This document shows positions 49,382-58,259 of a DNA stretch of 64,000 nt, in pieces; position 1 is the stretch's first letter, and each line of letters begins with the position of its first letter. The notes beneath the pieces are model-generated. The model made no database searches. It saw nothing but the letters and a program-made list of their open reading frames with translations, and was not told the DNA's origin. The stretch is taken from contig JBDRFG010000107.1 of assembly GCA_043819135.1 (NCBI GenBank), forward strand, positions 1-64,000, given 5' to 3'. Source of the stretch: Candidatus Eiseniibacteriota bacterium (lineage in GTDB: Bacteria > Joyebacterota > Joyebacteria > Joyebacterales > Joyebacteraceae). Made by a program: the position numbers and the translations under genes.

Positions 49382-50206
49382 ATGCGCGCCGTCGCACTTG
49401 TCACTACAGCACTGACGCTGGCAATCCTGACCATCGCCGCGCCTGCCATGGCGGTCGTCACGTTCTTCGATGTCATCTCTGACTCGGTGGCGGTCGCGGG
49501 GCCTCCTTACCCGACCTCATGCCACCGAACCGACGTTGCCCACGAGGCGTCGGGCGTGTTCGAGCGCGACGGACAGCTGGCACTCGGCGTCAGAAGCGCG
49601 ACGGACGGCGCGGGCAGCCCTCTAAGCATCGAGCTACGGGCGGGCGAAGCCCATGTACCGGGGTGTAACTTCGAGGAAGACACGCACTTCGATGTCATCT
49701 ACTGCTCCGATCCCGATGGCGCCGCCCTTCCCTCCGAGAGCGTCGTCGCTGTCTTCATCGAGTTGACATCGTTCGGCGGGCGGCGTGGCAAGCTGGTTAC
49801 GCTGCACCCGGAGCTTCCGATAACCGACCCCGGACGTTTTTTCGACACGCACTCGGGCGCTTCCTCATTGGAGATCGTCTGCCGTGTGGAGTTCGACCGG
49901 GGCGTCCAGCATGAACTCACACTTCGCGGCGAACTGCCTGAGGGACTGAGTCTGACGAGCACTGCCATTGTCATCCGGGAGCAGAGTCTGGAAAGTGGCG
50001 GGCGGGCAGATCCAACCGTCGTGGACAGCTACTTCACCGCGAACCCGGACGGCTTCTTCGACATCCGGCTCCGCCTCGAAGGCGCAGCCTGCCTCGACGA
50101 CCTTTCGACGGTCCTGTCGCTGACGTTCAGCGGCCGCTTCCTGGGAGGGACATCCCCGGTCGAAGCAACGACCTGGGGCGCAATCAAGGCTCTCTACGAC
50201 AACTAG
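49382..50206 (+). CDS. Secreted hypothetical protein with TWGAIK tail
   Basis: Signal peptide; ends SPVEATTWGAIKALYDN; TGCTATAAT promoter upstream; terminator at 50249-50286. Confidence 0.6.
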   Translation: MRAVALVTTALTLAILTIAAPAMAVVTFFDVISDSVAVAGPPYPTSCHRTDVAHEASGVFERDGQLALGVRSATDGAGSPLSIELRAGEAHVPGCNFEEDTHFDVIYCSDPDGAALPSESVVAVFIELTSFGGRRGKLVTLHPELPITDPGRFFDTHSGASSLEIVCRVEFDRGVQHELTLRGELPEGLSLTSTAIVIREQSLESGGRADPTVVDSYFTANPDGFFDIRLRLEGAACLDDLSTVLSLTFSGRFLGGTSPVEATTWGAIKALYDN

Positions 50207-50407
50207 AAGCGAGCGCTTCACAACGCGATCGTCCTCAAAGCGCACACAGCGGCCCCTGCCCAACGGCGGGGGCCGCGTTCTCTTTCAGCTGGATGTCGCG
50301 TTGAAGGAGCGGCGTCAGCAGGCGCCACTGGATTTCTTCCCGCAATCATAGGATGATGTATCCACTGACTGCCGACGCACGGGGAAGTCCAGGGAGAGCA
50401 ACGTGTG

Positions 50408-51121
50408 ATGAGTCAGATCTTAAGCATTCCGCTCGCGTCCGTCGCGCCCACGGAGGACGCCGTCCTTCGGGCGATGGGCGTCCCCGTGGACCATGACCAG
50501 GGGCCGCGAGTCGCCCAGTTGGTCGCACAGGCTCTCGACGCGCTTCGCGCCGAGGCCGAACCACGAGGGATCGTCGCGGAAGTCGACACGGGCGAGTTCG
50601 CCGTCATCTATGAGGGCGCCGGCGACAACGACGACCCTTCCCCACTCCGCGAGATATTCCCTCGCGCTGAGAGCTTGACGCTCTTCGCCATCACCCTGGG
50701 CTCCTCGCTCAGCGACCGTGTCCCGGCGCTCTTCGACGGCGGGGAGCTCGCGCTCGCGGCCACGCTGGACGCAGCGGCCTCCGAGGGAACGGAGCTGGCG
50801 GGAGTCCACCTGGACGGCGTCGTGCTGGCGGGCGCGCGGGCGTCAGGGCGAGCGAGCGACGCCGCGAGGATCCTCCGATACAGCCCTGGCTACTGCGGCT
50901 GGAACCTCACGGGACAGCGCGCGCTCTTCTCCGCGCTCGGACCGGAGGCGATCGGCATCCGGCTGACGGAGAGCTGCCTGATGAAACCCGTCAAGTCTAT
51001 CTCCGGCGTCATGGTCGCGGGGCCTCCCGAGATCCACGATTTCGAAGACAACTACGACTTCTGCTCATCCTGCCGGACGCACGACTGCCGGCGGCGGATC
51101 GAAGAGCTAACATCGAGGTAA
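50408..51121 (+). CDS. Stand-alone B12-dependent methionine synthase activation-domain protein
   Basis: FAITLG, DAAASE, RYSPGYCGW, LMKPVKSISG, terminal C..C...C..R. Confidence 0.8.
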   Translation: MSQILSIPLASVAPTEDAVLRAMGVPVDHDQGPRVAQLVAQALDALRAEAEPRGIVAEVDTGEFAVIYEGAGDNDDPSPLREIFPRAESLTLFAITLGSSLSDRVPALFDGGELALAATLDAAASEGTELAGVHLDGVVLAGARASGRASDAARILRYSPGYCGWNLTGQRALFSALGPEAIGIRLTESCLMKPVKSISGVMVAGPPEIHDFEDNYDFCSSCRTHDCRRRIEELTSR

Positions 51122-51201
51122 CCCCAAGGAAACACGCGTGAAGCGAATGGTTCAACCGCTCCGTGGGCCGCGCTGACCAAGAGACCCCACCCTGAACGTG
51201 G

Positions 51202-51230
51202 CAGGGCCGCCCCCGTAAGGGGCGGCCCTG
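51202..51230. terminator. Bidirectional terminator hairpin
   Basis: Stem CAGGGCCGCCCC/GGGGCGGCCCTG between convergent genes. Confidence 0.65.
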
Positions 51231-51262
51231 TGTCTTTATGCCAATCCGTGGCTATGCAGCGG

Positions 51263-51478
51263 CTAGGCTTCGATCCTCGTGACGTTCTCCGCCGCCGGAC
51301 CCTTCTCGCCCTGGACGACGTCGAACTGCACGCGCTCGCCCTCACCCAGAGTCTTGAACTCGTCGCCACCCTGGATCGCCGAATGGTGAACGAAGAGGTC
51401 CTTCGAGCCATCCTCCGGCGTTATGAAACCAAAGCCCTTGCTGTCGTTGAACCACTTCACGGTTCCTGTCGTACTCAC
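51263..51478 (-). CDS. cspA: Cold-shock protein
   Basis: GTVKWFN..KGFGFI (RNP1), LFVHHSAI (RNP2). Confidence 0.95.
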   Translation of the reverse strand: MSTTGTVKWFNDSKGFGFITPEDGSKDLFVHHSAIQGGDEFKTLGEGERVQFDVVQGEKGPAAENVTRIEA

Positions 51479-51659
51479 TGTGTTCTACCTCTCATGTTCT
51501 CGTCGGGAGGGACTGCCCCTCAGCCGACGATTGTCCTGTCGGGGCCGGATCATCCGAGCCACCGATTTCCTTTTCACGGGGCCTGTCCGCCCCTGCAGGT
51601 AGCGCCACACCGATCGTCGATACCGTTCCACACTCTCGGGCACCTCATGGTGCCCCCGG

Positions 51660-51693
51660 AAAACAAAAAAGGACCGGCGTGTGCGCCTGGTCC
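51660..51693 (-). terminator. Intrinsic terminator within the probable csp leader
   Basis: GGACC(A)GGCG-CACA-CGCCGGTCC followed by TTTTTTGTTTT. Confidence 0.7.
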
Positions 51694-51750
51694 CTCCTTC
51701 GAGTTTCCGGATATGTTGCCATACCAACGTGGTCGCATCTGCTGAAGGAC

Positions 51751-51779
51751 AGTATAGTCACAGGGGCAACCGAAGTCAA
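51751..51779 (-). promoter_or_regulatory. Sigma70 promoter upstream of csp
   Basis: TTGACT-17 bp-TATACT. Confidence 0.65.
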
Positions 51780-51811
51780 GCCCGGGTGGAGGATTCTACC
51801 CCAAAGTCGAG

Positions 51812-52279
51812 CTACGGCCCTCCGGAAGCCTGCAGCATCGCATCCAGCGTCTGCAGGAACTGCGATCGGTCCCGTTTGTCGAACGGCCTGGACCCTCCGG
51901 TCTGGATCCCCAGGTCTCGAAGCTCGGAAGCGAGTTCGCGACCCGCCATCGCCTCCCCGATCGAATCCTCCATGAACTCTCGCCCGCGCAGTCCTAGCGC
52001 CCGCGCGCCCAGTTTGAGACAACGGTCGGCAAGAGGGATGTCTCCGGTGACCACGATGTCGCTCGCGTTCACGTGCTCGACGATCCAGTTGTCCGCGGCG
52101 TCGAAATCGCCCTTCACGACAACGAGTTCAAACCCGTCCTCCTCGGGAACGCGCATCCACGAGTCTGCCACGAGCGTCACGCGAACACCGTAGCGTCGCG
52201 CCACGCGGTAGACCTCCTGCTTGACGGGACACGCGTCGCCGTCGACGAAGATGGTGAGCACGTCGATGTCACTCCTCAT
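51812..52279 (-). CDS. YaiI/YqxD (DUF188) family protein
   Basis: VDGDACPVK, DAADNWI, TGDIPLA. Confidence 0.9.
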   Translation of the reverse strand: MRSDIDVLTIFVDGDACPVKQEVYRVARRYGVRVTLVADSWMRVPEEDGFELVVVKGDFDAADNWIVEHVNASDIVVTGDIPLADRCLKLGARALGLRGREFMEDSIGEAMAGRELASELRDLGIQTGGSRPFDKRDRSQFLQTLDAMLQASGGP

Positions 52280-52328
52280 GGTGCCTGCCGTGATTCACGA
52301 GTGCTGCCACATGCGAGACGAGCCCCGC

Positions 52329-53675
52329 CTAGATCACTTTCCGGAGCTTCCTGATCGCGGCGCCCGGCCGGCGCACGGCCTTCCGTATGACTCGGGGATT
52401 GAACGCGTTCGCGAAGAGCAAGTAATGATTGATCTTGTTCCTGTAGCGCGTGATGTCGGCCTGAGTGACGTGGCGGAGCGTCATCGGCGCCCGACCCCTG
52501 AGGCTGTTCTCGGCGTTGTCGAACCCGTCGTAGTCCTCGATGGACAGGAGGCCCCGCTCCTTGGCAAACCGGTGCATGTGAGTCCCAGGGAGCGGCGTCG
52601 CGGTGTAGACAACCCAGCTCCGAGGCTTGATGCGCTTTACGAGGTCGTAGGTCATCTTGAGATCTTCCAGCGTCTCGTCTGGCGCCCCGAGCATCAGAAA
52701 AGCGTGCGGCAGTATCCCGAGCTCGTGGCACCACCGGAAGGCCTGCTCGGTCTCCGCTGGGTCCGTGCGCTTGTTGTAGAACTTGAGTACATCGGGCGAC
52801 CCGCTCTCCACTCCGAAGCCTATTTGCACGCAGCCGGATTCGCGCATCATCCTGAGCTTATCGTACGTCACCGTGTCGACGCGGGAGTTCGCCTGCCATC
52901 GGATCTCGACACCGCGGCGCTGAAGCTCATCCCGGAGTTGTACGAACCACTCCACGTCGAACAGCGTCAGCGTATCATCCTTGAAGTAGACGTCTTTGTC
53001 GCCTGCTATCGAGAGCGCGTGCTCGATCTCGTCCACAATGCTCTCGGGCGAGCGCTTCCTGACACGCGGGCCGAAGAGCCGCTCCACCGTCGGCTGGCAG
53101 TAGATGCAGTTGAAGGAACAGCCTCGGCTGGCCATGATGCCGATGGTAGGGTAATCGGAATAGTCGATGAGGTCCCTGGCGGGAAAGGGAACCGCGTCGA
53201 GATCCGAGATAAAGCCCTCGCGGCCGTTGGCTCGCACACGTCCATCCTCCATCCAAGCGAGCCCAGGACACTCGCGGGCGCGCTCCCGGCCGAGGAGCTC
53301 CGTGAACTCCAGAACGGTACTCTCGGCCTCACCGAGGAACGCGTAGTCGAAACCCGCCCCGAGGGCGTCTTCCGTAGCTACGGTCGCGTGGGGTCCACCA
53401 ATCACGGTGGGCGTCCCAGGCGCAAGCCTCTTGGCGTAGCCCAGCACGCCCACGGCCTTCCCGAACATCGCTGAACTTGACGATGTGCCGATCCAGTCGG
53501 CGCCGTCGAGAGCGCCATCCAGAACGTCAAGGCTTTTCGCGAAGGTCAGGTCAACGAAGCGAACGTCGTGGCCGGCCCCGCGCAGAACGGAGGCCACGTA
53601 AAGGACCCCGAGGGGCTCCTCGAGCCCTCCGGCGAGCATGGTTCTGAAGCGGGGGTAGACCAGGGCAACCTTCAT
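52329..53675 (-). CDS. B12-binding radical SAM protein
   Basis: PLGVLY, GGPHAT, GEAE, SRGCSFNCIYC, GVESG, PLPGT. Confidence 0.9.
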   Translation of the reverse strand: MKVALVYPRFRTMLAGGLEEPLGVLYVASVLRGAGHDVRFVDLTFAKSLDVLDGALDGADWIGTSSSSAMFGKAVGVLGYAKRLAPGTPTVIGGPHATVATEDALGAGFDYAFLGEAESTVLEFTELLGRERARECPGLAWMEDGRVRANGREGFISDLDAVPFPARDLIDYSDYPTIGIMASRGCSFNCIYCQPTVERLFGPRVRKRSPESIVDEIEHALSIAGDKDVYFKDDTLTLFDVEWFVQLRDELQRRGVEIRWQANSRVDTVTYDKLRMMRESGCVQIGFGVESGSPDVLKFYNKRTDPAETEQAFRWCHELGILPHAFLMLGAPDETLEDLKMTYDLVKRIKPRSWVVYTATPLPGTHMHRFAKERGLLSIEDYDGFDNAENSLRGRAPMTLRHVTQADITRYRNKINHYLLFANAFNPRVIRKAVRRPGAAIRKLRKVI

Positions 53676-53804
53676 TGCGCTTCCAGGTTCAGGGCGGGCT
53701 CGATCCATCCCGACCGACGCTCACGATGTTCCCACGAATCGCTCTCCATCGCAAGGGAGCGTTCGAGAGAGCGGCCCTCACCTGCTCAGGTAAGGACCGC
53801 TGGA

Positions 53805-53837
53805 GCTGGCTCCCCACGGTGGACGTGTTTCGAACTC
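53805..53837. repeat. att-like direct repeat, copy 1 (tRNA 3'-end-like on minus strand)
   Basis: GCTGGCTCCCCACGGTGGACGTGTTTCGAACTC, identical to 56307-56339; reverse complement reads GTTCGA...GGGGAGCCA. Confidence 0.85.
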
Positions 53838-53996
53838 CTCTGTACCGCACACGGTTTCTTGGACACAATCCCACTCTGTTCAGGTCCTCTCGGGCGTTTG
53901 TGGGTCCGGCATGGAGTCGACCGACTCGACGTGCTATAATAGTACAGGATCTTTTCGCATATCCAGACGTCCCCTTGCAGAAAGCGAAGACCCGCC

Positions 53997-56240
53997 ATGA
54001 ACGGCAGCATGCTGAGAGCACTCACCCTCGTGGTACTCGTCACGGCGCTCGTCACCGCTACCAACGCCCAGGCCGTGGAGGTCACCTTCCGGGTCCGCAT
54101 GGCCTACCAGGTCGAGCTGGGCAACTTCGACCCCTTGAACGACTTCGTGGACCTCGCCGGCACGTTCAACGACTGGGGCAGTAGCCCGCTCACGCCCCTG
54201 GCCGATGCCGACGGCGACACCATCTACGAGGTCACCCTTGGCGCCTTCACACCGTCTGAGTATATCGAATTCAAGTTCCGCATCAACGGCCAGTGGGACG
54301 GCAGCGAGGAGTTCCCGGGCCCCGGCAACAACCGCGTCTACACTGTGCCGGCAAGCGACGACACCATCCTCGTCTGGTACAACGACTACGTGTCGAACGG
54401 CGGTATCGGCGAGCTGCACTGGTGGAACGACACGGTCTTCTACGAGATCCTTGTGCGCAGTTTCTACGACAGCGACGGCGATGGGATCGGTGACTTCCAG
54501 GGCCTGACGAACAAGCTCGACTACCTCAACGATGGTAACCCGGCCACCGACGACGATCTCGGAATCACGGGCATCTGGCTCATGCCCATCAACGATAGCC
54601 CTAGCTACCACGGCTACGACGCCGTCGACTACCGCTCCATCAACCCTGATTACGGAACCATGGCCGATTTCGAGGCGTTCCTCGCAGCCGCACACGCGCG
54701 CGGCATCAAGGTCATCATCGATTACGTCATGAACCACTGCTCCGACCAGCACCCCTGGTTCGTGGAATCCGCCCAGAACAACCCGGCCTACCGCGATTAC
54801 TTCCGCTGGTCGCCAAGCGATCCCGGCGGGTCCGGACCCTGGGGTCAGGACGTCTGGCACTGGTATTCTTCGGGGTGGTACTACGGCCTCTTCACCGGCA
54901 GCATGCCGGACCTCAACTATGAGACGCAGGCCGTTAAGGACTCGATGTTCGACACGGCCACCTACTGGCTCGACACGATCGGCGTCGACGGCTTTCGTCT
55001 CGACGCCGTGCTCTACATCATCGAGGAGGGCAATCAGCTCCAGAACACGGCGTCGACGCTGCAGTTCTGGGCTGACTACAACGCGCACGTCAAGTCGGTG
55101 AACCCCGACGTCCTGTCCGTTGGTGAAGCGTGGACCTCCACGAGCATCGTGCTTCAGTACGTCACGCAGGACCGGCTGGACCTCTGCTTCGAGTTCGATC
55201 TGTCCTACGCCACCCTCAACGCGGTCAACTGGGGCGATGCCGGGTCACTGAGTGGCAAGGCCGACCAGGTCTACAATCTCTACCCGCACCTTCAGTTCGG
55301 CACCTTCCTCACCAACCACGACCAGAACCGCACGTTCACGGTGGTCGGTGAGGATGAGGGGAAGGCGAAAGTCGCCGCGGGCATCCACATGACCCTGCCG
55401 GGCGTACCGTTTGTCTACTACGGCGAGGAGATCGGCATGGTCGGCAGCGGGGATCACCTGAACATCCGCACGCCGATGCAGTGGACCGACGGGACCAACG
55501 CCGGCTTCACTACGGGCTCGCCCTGGCAGACGATCAACAGCAACTACCAGCAGTACAACGTGGCCGTGGAGGAATCGGACACGGGGTCGTTGCTCAACTG
55601 GTACAAGCGTCTGATAGACGTGCGCAACCAGACGCCGGCCCTGCGGCGCGGAACGCACGATCCGTTGGCGGGCTCCGAGTCACCGGTCCTGGCCTTTGTG
55701 CGACGCCACGAGGAGCAGACCGTGCTAGTCATGGCCAACACCGCGTCCAACGCTCTCGGCAACATCACGTTGGCCGGATCCTCGAACAGCCTCGTGCCCG
55801 GCGACTACACACTTGTAAACCTGCTCGATCCCGGCGATACCCTCGACGTCACGGTCAGCCCGGCGTACGAGATCACCGGTCTGAGCCTGGCGGGACACGA
55901 GGTGGCAGCCTACGAGTTCGCCGGCGAGAACGGCGTGGAAACACCCGACGACCTGCCGGGAACTGGCCTCCGACTCGAGCGGAACTATCCCAATCCATTC
56001 AGTCCCTCGACGACCATCCGTTACTCGTTGCCGACTCGGTCCCATGTCCGACTTGGCGTCTACGACGTCGCCGGTCGTGAGGTGGGCGTGCTCCAGGACG
56101 GGGTGCAGGCGGAGGGACCGCACGAGGCGCGGTGGGAGGGTGCAGATCGCAGCGGGCAGCCCCTGAGCGCGGGGATGTACTTCGTGCGTCTGGCCGCCGG
56201 GGGTGAGTCGAGGATGTCCAAGATGATGCTCATGAAGTGA
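53997..56240 (+). CDS. Secreted GH13 alpha-amylase family protein with N-terminal CBM-like and C-terminal FlgD-Ig domains
   Basis: DSDGDGIGD, YHGYD, VMNH, DGFRLDA, GEAW, TNHDQ, YYGEEIG; tail NYPNPF...AGMYF. Confidence 0.9.
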   Translation: MNGSMLRALTLVVLVTALVTATNAQAVEVTFRVRMAYQVELGNFDPLNDFVDLAGTFNDWGSSPLTPLADADGDTIYEVTLGAFTPSEYIEFKFRINGQWDGSEEFPGPGNNRVYTVPASDDTILVWYNDYVSNGGIGELHWWNDTVFYEILVRSFYDSDGDGIGDFQGLTNKLDYLNDGNPATDDDLGITGIWLMPINDSPSYHGYDAVDYRSINPDYGTMADFEAFLAAAHARGIKVIIDYVMNHCSDQHPWFVESAQNNPAYRDYFRWSPSDPGGSGPWGQDVWHWYSSGWYYGLFTGSMPDLNYETQAVKDSMFDTATYWLDTIGVDGFRLDAVLYIIEEGNQLQNTASTLQFWADYNAHVKSVNPDVLSVGEAWTSTSIVLQYVTQDRLDLCFEFDLSYATLNAVNWGDAGSLSGKADQVYNLYPHLQFGTFLTNHDQNRTFTVVGEDEGKAKVAAGIHMTLPGVPFVYYGEEIGMVGSGDHLNIRTPMQWTDGTNAGFTTGSPWQTINSNYQQYNVAVEESDTGSLLNWYKRLIDVRNQTPALRRGTHDPLAGSESPVLAFVRRHEEQTVLVMANTASNALGNITLAGSSNSLVPGDYTLVNLLDPGDTLDVTVSPAYEITGLSLAGHEVAAYEFAGENGVETPDDLPGTGLRLERNYPNPFSPSTTIRYSLPTRSHVRLGVYDVAGREVGVLQDGVQAEGPHEARWEGADRSGQPLSAGMYFVRLAAGGESRMSKMMLMK

Positions 56241-56306
56241 TCGGTCGCGGGAACCGCACTCCGTAATGAAAGAGGCCCCGATCTTAGCAGACCGGGGCCT
56301 CCGCTT

Positions 56307-56339
56307 GCTGGCTCCCCACGGTGGACGTGTTTCGAACTC
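56307..56339. repeat. att-like direct repeat, copy 2
   Basis: 33/33 identical to 53805-53837. Confidence 0.85.
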
Positions 56340-56416
56340 TTGACTGGAGCGCGGAGGCCTTGGCGGCGGGCACATGCAGCCTGGCGCAATGAGCTTGCGA
56401 GGCTGCTCGGCGGGCA

Positions 56417-57973
56417 CTATCTCCCGGGGCTCGGTGAGTGCACGCGACTTCGTCCAGCGCGAGCCGGCCTCGCGCCCCTCCCGCTCTGCGCGCTGTCGGA
56501 TGGTGCCTTTTCAGCAATGGCGTAGAAGTACACTTCCTCCGGATCCGGATCGCGGAAGCTCGCGTACACGTCGTACGCGGCGATCAGCTCGAGTCCGTGC
56601 ATTGCCGTGATGAGGCCCGTGATCTTCCCACCGCGCCCGAGCTTCACGTAGTAGCTCGGCTGGTACTCCGCGAGCTTCCACTCCAAATCGCGAGTGCCGT
56701 GCATGTCGTTTATCGACCGGACACCCGTCGCCAGGCTGATCGAGTTGGCGAAGTTCCCGAGCAGGTACGGAGACTCCCCCGGGCGCGAGCTCATGTGGGT
56801 CGCAACGTCTCGGGCCATACTGACGAACGTGTAGCTCGGAGATCGCACGTATCGAACCATCCTGCCTGCATCGGCGAAGACTAGGAGTCCGACTGCCAGC
56901 ACGATGAGAAGCGGCTTGACTCGCTCAGGCTTCCGAGCCAATACCCCGGCCATGACGCCCAGTACCATGGCCGCAGGGATCACTGCCGACACCAGGTAGC
57001 GAGGCGGCTGATACGTGCTCGCGCTGACCATCAGGACGTGTCCGACGAGCCAGACGAGCGAAATCGCCGCCGCCCTGTTGCGGCGGAACCGACGCGACGC
57101 CGCGAAGAACACCGGGACGAGCGCAAGGGCCAACGGGGACATGATCCTGTCGACTCGCGCCCAGAGGCGCACGGTCGGCCAGAGGTTCCTCAGAGCGTAC
57201 AGAGGGTGCGGCTCGAAGCGCTGCGCTCTGTGGAAGGTCGCGAAGTATCGGACATCCGGAGCGTAGAGCCACCGAGCCGCACAGAAATACATCGACACAA
57301 CGCCTGCGGCGACCGCTGCGGCGGTCGCGCACCCCGCGGCACGCTGCCGGCTGGATTCGCCCGAAGTCCAGGCGGCGTACAGGAGCGCCGGGAGGCCTGC
57401 CAGCACGGTCGTCTTCGTGAGGATGGCCACGCCGAATACGAGCCCGGACAGGCCGCTCGTGACAAGGCCGAACCTCCGGCCCGGATGCGCCGCGAGGACG
57501 AGGCTCAGAAGCACCAGGGACGCCGCGGGGAGGTCGGCGATGGCCAGCCTGCTGTACGCGAAGACGATGAAGCTGCCCGATAGGAGAGCGACCGCGACAA
57601 GCCCTCCCAGCGTGTTCGTGTGGCGACTCACCAGGAGGTACGCCAGCGGGAGCATCGCGACGAAGAAGCAGACGATCGTGGCTCTGGCCGAGCCGAGACT
57701 CATGCCGGCGACATTGAAGACCGCACCCTGTACGAGGTGGAGGACCGGCATCCCCACCATGACGTTGAGATCGCCCTCAACGTGCCAGCGGCCGGTCGTC
57801 GCCCGCGCGACCGCCCCGCCCGAGTACCATCCCTCATCCGTGTACAAGACCCGAGACCAGGTGACCCCCCTCGGGAAATCCGCTTCGAGATGTAGGAAGT
57901 GGGCACCCACAGCCACCAGAATGAAACATAGCAGGACGCCGGTGGCCAGGCGCGTGGGGCTACAGGCACGCAT
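56417..57973 (-). CDS. GT-C (ArnT/GT39-like) membrane glycosyltransferase
   Basis: DEGWY after the first TM helix, YSRLA..D, LTK, PPRY; multi-TM. Confidence 0.75.
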   Translation of the reverse strand: MRACSPTRLATGVLLCFILVAVGAHFLHLEADFPRGVTWSRVLYTDEGWYSGGAVARATTGRWHVEGDLNVMVGMPVLHLVQGAVFNVAGMSLGSARATIVCFFVAMLPLAYLLVSRHTNTLGGLVAVALLSGSFIVFAYSRLAIADLPAASLVLLSLVLAAHPGRRFGLVTSGLSGLVFGVAILTKTTVLAGLPALLYAAWTSGESSRQRAAGCATAAAVAAGVVSMYFCAARWLYAPDVRYFATFHRAQRFEPHPLYALRNLWPTVRLWARVDRIMSPLALALVPVFFAASRRFRRNRAAAISLVWLVGHVLMVSASTYQPPRYLVSAVIPAAMVLGVMAGVLARKPERVKPLLIVLAVGLLVFADAGRMVRYVRSPSYTFVSMARDVATHMSSRPGESPYLLGNFANSISLATGVRSINDMHGTRDLEWKLAEYQPSYYVKLGRGGKITGLITAMHGLELIAAYDVYASFRDPDPEEVYFYAIAEKAPSDSAQSGRGARPARAGRSRVHSPSPGR

Positions 57974-58144
57974 TCCGAACTGCCTCCCGGTGAAGACAGG
58001 GATGGTGCTGGCACCAACTGTCGACCAGCATAGACGACTGTCGCCTACGAATCAACGGACGAGACATCTTCGCTGACTGACCGCATGATAACCCAGGAAG
58101 CGCGTGAGCGGAGAGCCAGACCCCGCCAGGCCGGGCTCTCGCGT

Positions 58145-58162
58145 GCTGGCTCCCCGAGTGGG
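58145..58162. repeat. Divergent att-like copy 3
   Basis: GCTGGCTCCCC core; reverse complement CCCACTCGGGGAGCCA resembles a tRNA acceptor end. Confidence 0.6.
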
Positions 58163-58259
58163 TCGGACTACTAACCGACGCAACGTCGCAGAGCCTCAGG
58201 TATGGTTTCGGATTGTCCACGTCGCGGCACATGGTCACCACAACACACTTGGCGACGGC

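Noticed and set aside
53805..58162. Repeats as a CRISPR array or as intact tRNA genes
   Set aside because: Spacing is 1.8-2.5 kb with whole genes between copies, there are no cas genes, and only a 3'-end-like fragment is present with no D or anticodon arm.
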